From Marsupella aquatica (taxonomy: Eukaryota; Plantae; Marchantiophyta), in NCBI GenBank assembly GCA_973895155.1, contig OZ316899.1, positions 891,573 through 955,572 of the forward strand: 64,000 nucleotides of DNA. Direction: 5' to 3'. Under the pieces are notes generated by a model, which saw nothing but the letters and a program-made list of their open reading frames with translations, was not told the DNA's origin and made no database searches. Below are positions 11,400 to 23,161 of the stretch, one piece after another. The stretch's first letter is position 1, and each line of letters starts with the position of its first letter. The position numbers and the translations under genes were made by a program.

Positions 11400-13964
11400 T
11401 GGTCCAGCAGAGATTCGTTCTCTCGCCTCGCCGCGTCCGTCTCCTCTCCTGCCTCCTGACATGCCTCCTCCAGCTGCTGGGCGTCGCTCGTCAGTTTACC
11501 CACCAGCTGGTCCTGCTTCTCGGCCTCGGTTTGGAGCCGCGCCATCTCGGCCTGCAGCGTGGCTATCTCCGTCGCGTCCCGCTGGGCTCGCTCCTCGGCC
11601 TCCTCCAGGTCTTTCTGCCAGGTGACAGCTTGTTTCTTCAAACTGTCAATCTGGTTCCGGAGTCGTGTAATCTCGGCCTCGTTCCCAGCTTTGGCCTGTT
11701 CGGCTAGGGCGGTAAGAGCGTACGCCTTTGCTAACAACTCATCGGCAGCTGCAACCTTGGGTCGTAGTTGCAGAAGCTCAGCCTCTTGAGCCGCTACTTC
11801 GTTCTTTAGGTACACGGACTCCACCCGGTACCGCTCTATCCTCTGAAGGGCCTCCGACTGGGCCCGACCTGCCTTTACGGCGGCAACCAACTCCTGATTG
11901 AAGAAACAGGCTACCTTCCGGGCCATGAACTCCCCGGTATCCCGGGCAATTTAATGAGAGAAATCTCCCAGAAGCCCGTTCAGAAACGTACCCTGTACGA
12001 AGAGTTCCGGGTGGTCCAAGTTGTGCCTGTCCGGATTTGGGCACGGGCAGACATCAACACGCGCAGGGGCCGGGGCAGTGACGTCCAGCCCTGGGGACAT
12101 AACGTTGGAAGGGGCTGGAGTGTCCTCCTGCAGCGATGTCCGGTTCTCCGGAATTGCCACCAGCGGGTCCTTGGGAGACCCGGGTTCGGGTAAGACCTCT
12201 GCCGTACCAACTTCTGTACTTAGCCCGGCTAGTTGGGTCGCATCAAAGGTTGCGACGACCGACCCCTCCGGCGCCTCCTCGGTTACGATTACAGCTATTT
12301 GTGGAGGTGGGGTGGGTGAAGTTGGCGTGTCCACTGGACTTCGGGCCTCGGGTTGGGGCCGTCTCTCCAATGCCGGAAAAACCCACCTAGCTGGGACCAG
12401 CTTTGTAACGTTGATGCGGGGAAGGGTTCGTCGATCAAACCGGGCGTACCACTCAAGAATGATTTCGATGTGGCTAGCGAAATACGCCTTCCCACCAATG
12501 TACAGCGTCTTCCTTCGCCGCTCCATCTCTTCATGGAATTTCTTAGCGAAGTACGACGCCCATTTCCTAGGTCGATAGTTCTCGACCTGGATAACCTGGG
12601 CAGCGGAGATCTCCCCCCGGGGTTCCATCATGTGGAGAGCGTACCTCTGGAACTCCAGCCGCTCAGCTATCTCGGGCATGAGGCAGGTCCTCATCACGAA
12701 CCCGTTGTCTACTGATCCCTCTGAGGGAAAACTTGAAGATTGGTACTTGGCCCCCTTGCCCCCGGGAGCCCGTGATTCGACTCGATGGTCACCTTCGGGT
12801 AACCCGAAGATCATCTTGAGCCGTTCTTCTGTGAGGGACATATTCCTTCCCCGCAGCCGAGTCTGTTGACATACGTCGTCATAATTCTTGACGAATTCTG
12901 TCATGTCCTCCCCGTAGTACCTGCAAGTGTTCCAGGGGAGAGAGGTGAGGTGCTCAAATCCCTGAGTCTTCAGGTACACCGCATGCTTGGGATGGAGGAT
13001 GTTGCTATGAACGTTTCCCCCATGCGATGCATGGTCACCTTGGCTACGGCTACCGTGGCCAACGGTAACCCGGACGCAGTGGCGGATTCCTTCCTCTTCT
13101 TTCCCCGTGACTGACTCGGGGAAGGTGATACTTCCCCATCCTCCCGATCGGGCCTGGGGAGTGCCACTGCGGTTGGTAACGGGCCCGGGGCGGCCACGGT
13201 CACTATGTTGTCTGCTGGGGCCGCTCCTGGGGTCAGAGCAGGGGGTGGGGACGATATAGTGTCGGCCCCCGAGCGCTTGTTCCTCTGGGCCGCCTGGTCA
13301 AGGGTGGGGTAGCCTCGTCGTCATCGCTAAGATCCACAGTGTTGATGACGGAGCGTACCTGTGCTGGCTGGGTGATAGGTGGTGGGGTTTGGCTAGGCTA
13401 CGGCTGAGGCTGAGGCTGAAGCTGAAGCTGAGGTTGAGGCTGGGGTTGCATGGGCACGGGTACGGGTACGGGTACGGGCCTGGCTGAGTTGGTCATGTTG
13501 GTTGATGGCCGAGTTCCCATGAAGCTCTGCAGGTGCTGGTAGAAGTTCTCCGAAGCGAGTGCGGACGCCCTTGTCGAACGGTTGGTACTGGACTCGCCGT
13601 TAATGACAGCCCGAACCTGGGCAGGGATGTGGTCGAAGTGATGTCGCTGCAGGTCGATTGTACCCGAGATATTGAAGACCTCGTCCGGAAGCCGAAGCAA
13701 TGCTTCCCAGAACCCGATATATTTGTCTCCGTTGCAGAAGTACCCAGATACCTCAGCTGGTCAGTAAAGCTCGCTCTGAGACGGGTAGTCAAAGTTAAGG
13801 ACGTAGTGGTGTCGTCCTGCTAGGCGGATGGCTCTCTCGTATTCGCGTTCGATCTCGTATCGGCGCGGGTTGGCGTGTTTCAATGAATCGGCCAAGTGCC
13901 TTCCGGTAGATAGGAACTGCGTCCAGAATCGAATGGCCGAGCTGGAGAGGATCGTGTGCGACAT
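11400..13964 (-). pseudogene. F3 LTR-encoded PMD-like plus coiled-coil protein, with stops and frameshifts, truncated by F1
   Basis: AIRFW N-terminus, in-frame stops at 13761 and 13398, core GFEHLTSLPW/EFVKNYD/LTEERLKMIFGLPEG/DNGF/PRGEISAAQV aligning to the F2 LTR ORF; coiled coil in 11400..11926. Confidence 0.75.
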
Positions 13965-14064
13965 TCAGAGGAGATAGTGGTGGCGACCTAGAGAGAACGA
14001 GAGAGTTGGGGTCAAAGCTGGCGCGCGGACTGATGGACTGGTGCACTACAAAGGGTTGGCTCCC

Positions 14065-14072
14065 CTTTTATA
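14065..14072 (-). promoter_or_regulatory. TATA box (TATAAAAG) near the F3 LTR tip
   Basis: 113 nt inside the LTR start and ~100 nt upstream of ATG 13964. Confidence 0.55.
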
Positions 14073-14280
14073 CTTTGAGGGCTTGTCGATCCCCGACGTC
14101 TCCTCGATGCCCATAGGTTGAACCGCTCACGCTTGTGGTGTACCGGCCACTCCGCCGGTCTGAGTCAGCGTGCGTGCAACCACAATCACCAGGCATCCAT
14201 CCATACATCTGTGTTGCTTCAGAATTACTTTATTACACATCCTTCCCCTCACTAATGTCCATGCAAACGATTCACATTAC

Positions 14281-17200
14281 TCATGGCACAGGCACACTGT
14301 TGGCATCTGCATCTCTGAATTCGCCTCCTTCAGCAAATGCATCTACCCTTGTCACAGGAATGAAGTCCCCGCTATCATGAACTACAGGCACTTGGTCTGA
14401 ACGCCGACGATCAAAGGCACTATGAGAGTGTAAATGAAACTCAAGGTTTGATCCTTCCATCCGACGTTGCCTGGCCTGTTTATGACACACTACACGCCAA
14501 CCTGGGGAGTCTTCCACATCCAGGAAGAAAGCTTGCTCCACCTGACTAGGAAACACAAATGGCTCAGACCATTCGGGCAATTTCCCTCTGAAATTGGCCA
14601 GCAAGAAACCGTCGTTGTCTCTCTTCATGGTAGCCCTGTTACCAAGCCAATCCTGCCGCACCCATGAACCTTTCATAAGAATCACAGGACTGGACACCGC
14701 CCCATAGTCCAGAGCCCATATGTCAACTAATTCTCCCACATATCCCATCTCCATCCAGGCCCTGTCGTGATTGTGGCTCTGTTGCTCAAATACAGTGATG
14801 AGCCCGCAGTCATTCGTCACCTTGTAGGCACTGTCACCATCCTTCACTCGGAAGTGATTCCCATATGCTCTCATCCGTTTGTAAGTCTTCACTTTCAGGC
14901 TAGGGGCATTAGACAGTAGGTAAACATCTGCATCCATGTCTGGGTGGGTCTCGTGATGCTCTCTAATTGCCACTCTGATCCACTCCATGAAACCTGGAAA
15001 AGTTGTTCCTGCAGTGGGATGGGCCGCCTTCAATGACTCATACTCCCTGAACGAACAACCACACAGCATTAGCTTGGGTAAACATGAACAGGCTGAAGGA
15101 GAAAACCACACGAACACAACATTTAAGCTCATGAACTGGATTATAGCACATGTATGCACTCACTATATCCAGGGTTCCATCACCACAGTGTTGTGCAATA
15201 CAAAGTCATGTGCCAAGTCTCTCATAGATATGGTCAGGTTCTTTGTGGTTGCAGCCCCTTCCAGTACTTCACCTATCACCCCTTCCTCCTCATCAGAATT
15301 CCACACCCTGGTCTTCACATGCTCATATTGTGCTATGTATTCGGTCAAAAATCCCAGAGTCTCATCCTTGATGTAACCTTTAGCCATGCTTGCTTCAGAT
15401 TTGTAATATGTTCTCACGTGACCTTTGAGTAGCTTCATGTACCGTTCCAAAGGGTACAACCAACGAGCACTCACAGGCCCAAATTGGTGTAGCTCTTCCA
15501 CAACATGGACAAGTAGGTGGGTCATGACATCAAAAAATGCGGGAGGAAAATAAATCTCCAGGTCACACAGCACCTGAGCGACATCTTCTGTCAGTTGTGG
15601 GAAGTGTGTTTCATCCCAAACCTTCACACAAATACGACGAAACACATCATTGAGTCGCATGATCACAGTACGAACAGGCTTCTGCAACAGGCCCCTCAGG
15701 CATAAAGGCAACACCTGTTGCATCAACATATGGTAGTCATGGCTTTTCATACTACCAAGCTTTCTAGTCATGATATGCTTCTTGAAAGCACTGCCATAGT
15801 TTGAAGGAACCTTCAAAGAACTCAACCTCTGCACAAATAGTTCCCACTCTGTGTCTGTCAGAACATAGGGCGCTTGGTACTTCAAGAGCACATCAGCTCT
15901 GTGGGCATGTGGCCTCAACCAAAGATGGGGTTTCATTCCCCTCTGTTCAAGATCCAATCTCACTGAACCAGTGTCTTTCTCTCCACACAAGAATCTGAGT
16001 AGACTCTCACAAATATTCTTTTCAATGTGCATAACATCAATGTTATGTTTGCTTGGCTCAAACTCCTGCATCGTTGCAATGCAAAAGCGTCAGGAAATGC
16101 CTCAAGTTTAGTCTCTCTCTTCGAAATGAATGCACATGCTCTGAACCAAAACATGTATCCCAATTAGCATCAACTCCAAGAGGCTTACCCTCCAGTACTT
16201 GAGCTCCAAGTCCAATATGCTCAGTCTTTTTACACCATATCGCTTTATTGGATCACTCACTCCATCTTCCCTGCCCCCTCGTTTGATATAGTCATCCCTC
16301 AGTGCTCCCCACTGCCTGATCTCCTCTTTGGTCACTCGTGCCGGGGGTCCACGTTGCTCAATCTCATTGCCAAAGTGTGCAATCAGTGCCTGTCTTTCTC
16401 TGTAAGGGTGATCTGCCTTCAGAAAATGACGATGGCCCATGTATATCACTTTCTGCAGGGCTCTGGAGTACTCACTGGTGACATTGCGCCCACAGATAGT
16501 ACAAGCACAATATCCTTTTGTTGTTTGGCCTGATATCATCCCATAGGCTGGGTAGTCAGCTATAGTCAGAATGACAATGGCTCTAAGGATGAATGGGTTT
16601 AACCTCCCAAGCCTCTGTAGGACATCATATGTGAGAACTCCTTCCTCCCAAAGCTTTCTCAATTCCTCCACTAGGGGAGCAAGAAACACATCTATGTTGG
16701 CAGATACAGCACTGTCTGGCCCTGGTATCAGTAGGACCATCAGAACAAAAAATCGCTTTGTAGTCATCCAAGGAGGAAGGTTATAATTCAAAATAGTTAC
16801 AGGCCAGCACGAAAATTTGTTGTTCTTGTCTCCAAATGGGTTTACCCCATCCAATGACAGCCCAAGTCTGACATTCCTCGGCTCAGCAGCAAATTCGGGA
16901 TACATCTCATCTATGAGTTTCCATTGCCTTGAATCTGCAGCATGTCGTTGTAGCCCATCATCACTTTTCTTGTCAGTTGCCCAAGTCATCATCTCCGAGA
17001 TGGCACGGCTTCTGAACATCCGCTGAAGTCTGGGAATGAGTGGAAAATGACGAAGTACCTTGGCGGGAACCATAGACTTTCCTGAGTTCCGATACCTGTG
17101 CTTCCCACACTTAGGGCATGTCAACGATTCTTTATACTCCTTTCTGAAAAGAACATGCCCATCAGGACAGGCATGGATCGAATCATAGTTCAATCCAAGA

Positions 17201-18012
17201 TTAGATATGCATCTTTTTGCCTCGTACATGTTCTTGGGCAAAATATTACCATCTGGTAGCACAGTTGTTTGCAAGAATGCCAACAACTCAGAAACCAAAA
17301 CGTTGGGGACATTGTGGTTGCCGCAAATGTTCAGGAACATGATGACAAATCCCAGTTTAGAACATTTGCTACCGGGGTACAAAGACTTCCTGCCTTCCTG
17401 TATTTGCAGGGGAGAGCCAAACATCCCATCATGCCCAGGGGTTTCCTGCCCTATCTCAAACTCATCAAGAGGCTCTTCGACAGGGGGCACACTTGCATCT
17501 GCAGCCGTATCCTCTTCGTTGTCCAGCCCATCATGAAATGCATCCAAGTCTTGGAAGATGTCTCTCACCATCTCTTCCACATGAATTCCTTCGTCACGTG
17601 GTGCTGCCTGAGCACCATCCCGTTGGAGAGCTGACAACCCACAGAGACTAGCTACAACATTTTCAAATGCACCAGGCAGAACCTCACTTGCCCGTCTTGC
17701 AGCATTGGCAGTATCAAATTCTAACCTCTACTCCTCGTCGGAAGAATCTTCCTCTGCAGGATCATTCCAAACTCGATGTCGTGGATCTCTTCCATGAACC
17801 GCGATATGCCGCCAAACCTCATTCAGACCCCTGGTACGGGATCCTTGGCAGATTGCACAAGGACATCTCATCCTACTGGCTCCTGAAAGTCTGGTTCGTA
17901 ACCTTTCACGCTGCCAAAGCTTATTATCATGGCGTGATATCCTTGTGGGATGATGCAAAGGCAATGCCTGTGCCCTGGGCTGGGTCTGGGGAGGGTGGTG
18001 ACCAGGGTGCAT
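14281..18012 (-). pseudogene. CACTA/En-Spm TnpD (Tnp2) transposase, spliced, with a premature stop
   Basis: Transposase-associated CPCxxC..H domain; Transposase_21 motifs IHACPDG, LRHFPLIPRLQRMF, RNVRLGLSLDGVNPF, NYNLPPW; DUF4218-type DVMHIEKN, KSHDYH, FFDVMTHLLVH, RWLYPLERYM; DUF4216-type PFVFPSQVEQAFF; GT-AG introns ~16066..16188 and ~15047..15163; in-frame TAG at 17728. Confidence 0.93.
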
Positions 18013-18445
18013 TGTAACAGGCTGGGAGCTCTGCAGTCATGGACAGCAGTGAACAAGGATGCCTAATGGTGGTATTTGTGTTCCATATATCCCTGACTGT
18101 ATCTGCCAAAAGAGTTAACATAACGTGTACTAAATTCTCACAAACCCTAAACCACCCCAAAAGAAAAAAACAGGTTCGCAAGTAGTGTACCTATTGTCAA
18201 GTGAATGACACAAAATTCCTAAATGTTGGAGGGTGTCACCACCTCCTCCGCTGTCCTCAAATGTACCGCCTCTGCATGTACGTTTACAGTGACACCCCCA
18301 GGCAGCAGGAAACAACAATCCGCCAACAGTAAAATAAGCCCAACTGCCACCAACCATAACAAGGTACATTAGTTCAAAGATCACATTTATTTCAATGATC
18401 TGATTTATACAAAAAAACTTGTGTCCAAACTGATGCTACTACTCC

Positions 18446-19318
18446 TCACTCTGATTCAGAATCGCTAATGACCCATTCCTCACTTGTTGTCTCATAGTCC
18501 TCTCTGTAAGGATCCTGACCCTTCCGTGGCCAGGCCTCAAAAAGATCATAGTCCATTGGGTTTTGACGCTTCCCAGCTGCTACTGATTCCACAAGCCAAG
18601 CATATGAAACCACAAACACATTATGGGACATGACATAAAAGCGAATGTCTCCCTTCCCAAACTTGCGGCAGGCTTTGGGATATGACTTAGTAATGACATG
18701 AGTGGTGTCCTCTGTTATATTCTCCTCCACTGTCCCACCTAGGTCAAGCACTGTGGACTTGTACACTTTGCACTTAACCTCTCCAATTCCCGCCTCCACA
18801 AATACCATGCTCAGCCCTTTCAGAATGGGGGTTGGTTGCTTCGTCTCCTCAGCCAACATACTCTTCAGCCTTGTAGAGCTCTGTCCTTTGTTGAGTACAG
18901 GTCCATATTGGAGATCAGCAAGCCGTGCCTTTGCTTCCCAGACTTCTTGTTCAGCCCAAGCTGATGCAGTAGCTTCTTCATCCTCCCACAACTCATATTG
19001 CTCAGTATCCTGTACAATCTTATGTGCTATGGAATCTGTGATCCAAGAGGCCTCAACTACTTTTAGGCCTTGCTTAGTAATTGCAGAATTCATGTAGGAC
19101 CATGACCACTTCTTTATCACTGATAGCCATGTCCCTGCAACAACATGTGTAGTCTTTGGAGTGATGTCCTGAACTACAGTGCCATGGAGCTCAGAGAATC
19201 GTTTCTATACAGTTGGCCAATGCACTTTGGTCAACCCATGCTGGCCATGGACCAAAATCGCTCTGACCCCTGTAAACACTGCTGGGTGGTCACACTTTCT
19301 ACGTTTACCAGGCTCCAT
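18446..19318 (-). pseudogene. Tandem BRCT-domain protein (290 codons, one premature TAG at 19205..19207)
   Basis: ATG 19318 (MEPGKRRK) is in frame with ORF 18446..19120; two repeats with TTHVV/TTHVI and ASWITDS/YAWLVES BRCT signatures. Confidence 0.8.
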
Positions 19319-19910
19319 GTACACACACCCTACGTGATGACAGTGAATTTTGGAAGAATGGGTTCACCTGACAATACAAGGACAACAAAATTCCTGCTTT
19401 TTGAGTTGATCTGGCCCACTGGTGCTCAGGTCCGATTTTGATAGGTACAAGGGATATGTGAACAATACGTACTAGGCACCTGCACGGATGCAGGACATTG
19501 TTTGAATATATACTACAAAATCCATATCCGTGGTGAAATGAAGTGCAACCAACTTGTCATGGCACATACATATTTTGTTGTAAAGGAGGATACATTCAAT
19601 GACAAACTTATAGGGCAATTTGATTAATTGCATGCCTGATAATTTATACGCTTACAACTTAGAAGTCCTGTTTTAATTTAGCAGTCTGATGAAAGTGTTT
19701 ATGAAAATGACCACTCAGCCTAAATACTTCCAAGAAGGCTTGTAAGGATAAGTTTGTATAGGCATGTACCCAGCCACTGACGCCAGAGCACAAGATAAGT
19801 GCTGCCTATATAAACTCGCCTACCCAACTCCTTTTCAAAATTGGAATCTCTGCAATCTCAAAAAATAGTACATCCACATCAGGTGCACTGTGCATGTACA
19901 ATGTTCAGCT

Positions 19911-20591
19911 TCACAGCCAAGATATGTGATCTCTCACAGGAGTGCGCGAGGTAGGATCAATGGCATGGCGATGACAATAAAATATCCATCGATCAACACC
20001 ATGTGCAGAGTGATCATAGATTTCTCTGTCACAAGCATAACCCTCTGCTTGATGATCTTTCAGGCAATGATAGTGCCACATAGTGGGACACCTAGCACAG
20101 TGGACTATGTCAGTCCAGTAGTCATCATCATGCTCACCACATGCCTTGCACCTATGAAGTGGGCAAGCTGTGGCATGAGCAGGCAAACACTCAAAACAGA
20201 AAAATCTCACACAAAAACGGTCTGGACATTTCCTAACATTTGCTGCAGCATCAACAGAGCCCTCATAGGACCCCAACTTCCCACACTGTGCACACTTAGC
20301 CTGCTTCTCCAAACAATCAGTGCACATCCAGTCTCCCTGGTGTGTTGACGGGAGGCCCACCCCTGGACAGTTGTTTTCTGCAGCAAGGTCAGACTCCGGG
20401 TTGAGGTGGAAATGCCTCATGCAAGGGCCCTCACAAATGACCAGGCCCCCACCATCGTCACAAATGGCACAACAATGAGCTGCCTTCTGGAAAATTTGAC
20501 TTGCAGAGAAGTTAGTAGCATCTGCCCCAAGTACACCTGTGTTTCTCACCTCTGTCACACGCTTTTTGGCTTGAATTTTAGGCCGTGCCAT
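19911..20591 (-). CDS. Stand-alone EDM2-type PHD-finger module protein (226 aa)
   Basis: CAICDDGGGLVICEGPCMRHFH..C..C..C..CGKLGS..CPLHRC..C..CARCP..H..CL..FYCHRHAID..TPVRDHI matches the recalled EDM2 PHD region; no stops or introns. Confidence 0.85.
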   Translation of the reverse strand: MARPKIQAKKRVTEVRNTGVLGADATNFSASQIFQKAAHCCAICDDGGGLVICEGPCMRHFHLNPESDLAAENNCPGVGLPSTHQGDWMCTDCLEKQAKCAQCGKLGSYEGSVDAAANVRKCPDRFCVRFFCFECLPAHATACPLHRCKACGEHDDDYWTDIVHCARCPTMWHYHCLKDHQAEGYACDREIYDHSAHGVDRWIFYCHRHAIDPTSRTPVRDHISWL

Positions 20592-20602
20592 GCCTGCGCA
20601 TG

Positions 20603-20746
20603 AGATAGACTCTACAATTTAGCAGACTGCACAGAAAGTAAAATATATTTAGCATTTAAGGTACAAAGGCATTTAGATAGACTCTACAATTTAGCAGACT
20701 GCACAGAAAGTAAAATATATTTAGCATTTAAGGTACAAAGGCATTT
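20603..20746. repeat. Perfect 72-bp tandem duplication
   Basis: 20603..20674 = 20675..20746. Confidence 0.95.
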
Positions 20747-21363
20747 GCTACTGCAATGAATTGGAATGGCCACACAAGGATGCAGAGCACACATACTTTT
20801 GGTATGTTGAGCCCACACACAAAACTGATCCCCTAATACAATTTCTCCACCAACACCTCAATTTTAATTGTGGCTATGATTCACCAAAGGAGATCTGCAA
20901 CAACATTTCATGCATTTGAATCACATACAACAGTCGTGACATGTAAAACAGGCATTCTTCGAAGAGGATTGGTATGAAGCAGTGTCATAAGGGTTGAAAT
21001 TTATACATCCTAAATAGGTTATGATAGTGGCTGAGACAAATAAGTGAGGCATAAATCACATTTTGCATATTATCACATGGCCCATTAATTCATTCAACGT
21101 TGCAATGTTCACTAGGTTAAAGCAGTCATGAAAGTAGTCTTTCAATAGAGACTTTTATGCGAGTTTGCTAGCCTCTTAAATTAGGATATTTTGCTTAGTA
21201 CAGGCATAATAGGATATAAGTTATGTACTGTTGACCCTAAACCCTGGACCCAAAATTGCTCATACATCAAAATTTTAAGTAAATATCCTCTGTGTTGAAG
21301 TCAGAGTGTTAAGCTATAGGTCAATGGTATCTGGTCTGTGCATGCGGTGTGACAAGTGGTCCT

Positions 21364-21813
21364 CTAGAGCATGTGATCCAAACATGTGTAGACACCAAAG
21401 TCACCGGTGGTGGGGTCTGGGAGGGCAGGACAAGTGACATCACCAGGCACACTGCAGGATGGCGAGTGGTTCCAGATGATACATTGTGCTCTGTGCAAAA
21501 ATCGGCATCCAAGAGAACGGTCATCCAATTCTGGGCCAGAAGCCCTACAGGCAGGACAGTCATATTGGCAACTGTGTACACACCCTTGGCACCTAATTTG
21601 TGGCGGGTCATGTACAAGAGACACAAATACCAAGGATGTCGGGAAGGGTACTGAAGCAGGTAGAGGCCGGCTGTAGTTGTTCTTGGAAACAACAGGGTAC
21701 TCAAAGTACCATGCAGACTGGGCTGGAAGGATCCCAAGTCTGACATACTCAAGGCGCAACATCTCTGCCTTGCGTGCAAGTCGCACATGTTCAGCGTTGC
21801 GGGTCCTCACCAT
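21364..21813 (-). CDS. Cys/His-rich putative zinc-finger protein (149 aa), unassigned
   Basis: ATG start, basic N-terminus, CQGC..CQYDCPAC..C..H..C..H..C..C..CLDH; same strand as the neighbouring genes. Confidence 0.5.
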   Translation of the reverse strand: MVRTRNAEHVRLARKAEMLRLEYVRLGILPAQSAWYFEYPVVSKNNYSRPLPASVPFPTSLVFVSLVHDPPQIRCQGCVHSCQYDCPACRASGPELDDRSLGCRFLHRAQCIIWNHSPSCSVPGDVTCPALPDPTTGDFGVYTCLDHML

Positions 21814-22821
21814 AAGTGTTGCTTTCGTTGTGATGTCCTCTGTTCACGTCCTTTGATGAGCAAGGTGAGCAGGAGGTCGACTTGCCTCGCCAACAGCAAC
21901 CACCTAAACTAATCAGTTCCCACTCATTGTCTTGGTTCCAACTACAGGTCATAGTATACACATAGCATGAAACGTGCATAGTACATATTTGATTCTGAGT
22001 TTATGAGTTTCCTAAGACAAAGAGCTTGGTGATAAACCCATATTCTCGACGGACATGTATATCAATCATATTAAACTCCTGTTTTTTCATCCAGAAAGAC
22101 CGAAAGTCTCACCTTGCAGGTTGCAGCAGAGAGAAAATTCACTGGTTGTCGTGTTGTGCAAGTGAACCTCCACTGATGCCCCGGTGTAGCCCCTCAGATG
22201 CAGGTGACACTTACCAACTCCCAAGTTGCCTGGTCTAACAGAAAATGCTTATATCTTCAGAACTTTATAGAGCAAGTACATGATCACATACTTCTGGATC
22301 TATTCATATTTGGAACTCTTGCCAACTACAACTCCCATTATGCACAAGCTCACATCAACAGAGAAAGATACAGAATGCATACTTACTATGGCTCTAAGCA
22401 CCTTCACTACCTTGTTGAACCCAGTCCTGAAGTCTTTTCAGCGTGTTTGTTGTGCTGTCTCCTTTGGCACCCAACACCTTAGTCCTTGATGTAACAGAAT
22501 GCGATTTTACAAGTTAGATGCTTTGGAACCTTCTATGGTCTTAGCTGAATTGATGTCATCGTAAGTGGTGAAAGACAAGGAAGACGAAAGCTGGTTGAAG
22601 AGCTATGGACAACACACTAGCATGAAGTGCTTCAACCAATCCACTGCCAAACGGAACTCTTACACAGTCACATTCTTTCAGTAAACAGAAACTCAGTCAA
22701 ACTTCATAATCAAAGTACAGACTCTGAAGGACCAAAGGAGGATGTTGTGAGTTTCTCTGTTGTTTAATGTGTTACCCTTCTAGTTTCGAAGTTAGCAAAT
22801 GCTGAATAATGTGTCTACCAG

Positions 22822-23161
22822 ATCTTCGAAAAGAAGCCCACCACAATTAAGAACTTCGGTATCTGGGTGAGGTATCAGAGTTGTACAGGTTATCCCAACA
22901 TGTACAAGAAATATCGTGATACCACATTAAACAACCACACAGCAGATGTATGATGAGATGGCTTCTTGTCATAGAGTTCGGTTCCCTTGCATCCAGATCA
23001 TCAAGACTACGACAGTCCCTGTCTCTCTGTGCAAGCGAGAAAGTACCAAGCAGTTCCATGATTCAAAGATCAAGTTCCCCTTGACGTACCGCAAGATTCA
23101 ACCTCCATCGCGAAAGCTAAAGACGACTTACAAGGCCACCAAGCCCAACACATTTGTTTGA
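22822..23161 (+). pseudogene. RPL18A: 60S ribosomal protein L18a (eL20) last-exon fragment
   Basis: [27 protein letters not shown] then frameshift to [48 protein letters not shown]; begins right after an AG acceptor; no upstream exons recognised. Confidence 0.92.

Larger units (their letters stand above)
11400..14184 (-). mobile_element. Portion of a large protein-coding LTR (family F3), interrupted by F1
   Basis: GC-rich block ending ...TGCAACCACA (minus-strand start TGTGGTTGCA) and then switching abruptly to CACTA sequence; encodes a homologue of the F2 LTR protein. Confidence 0.65.
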
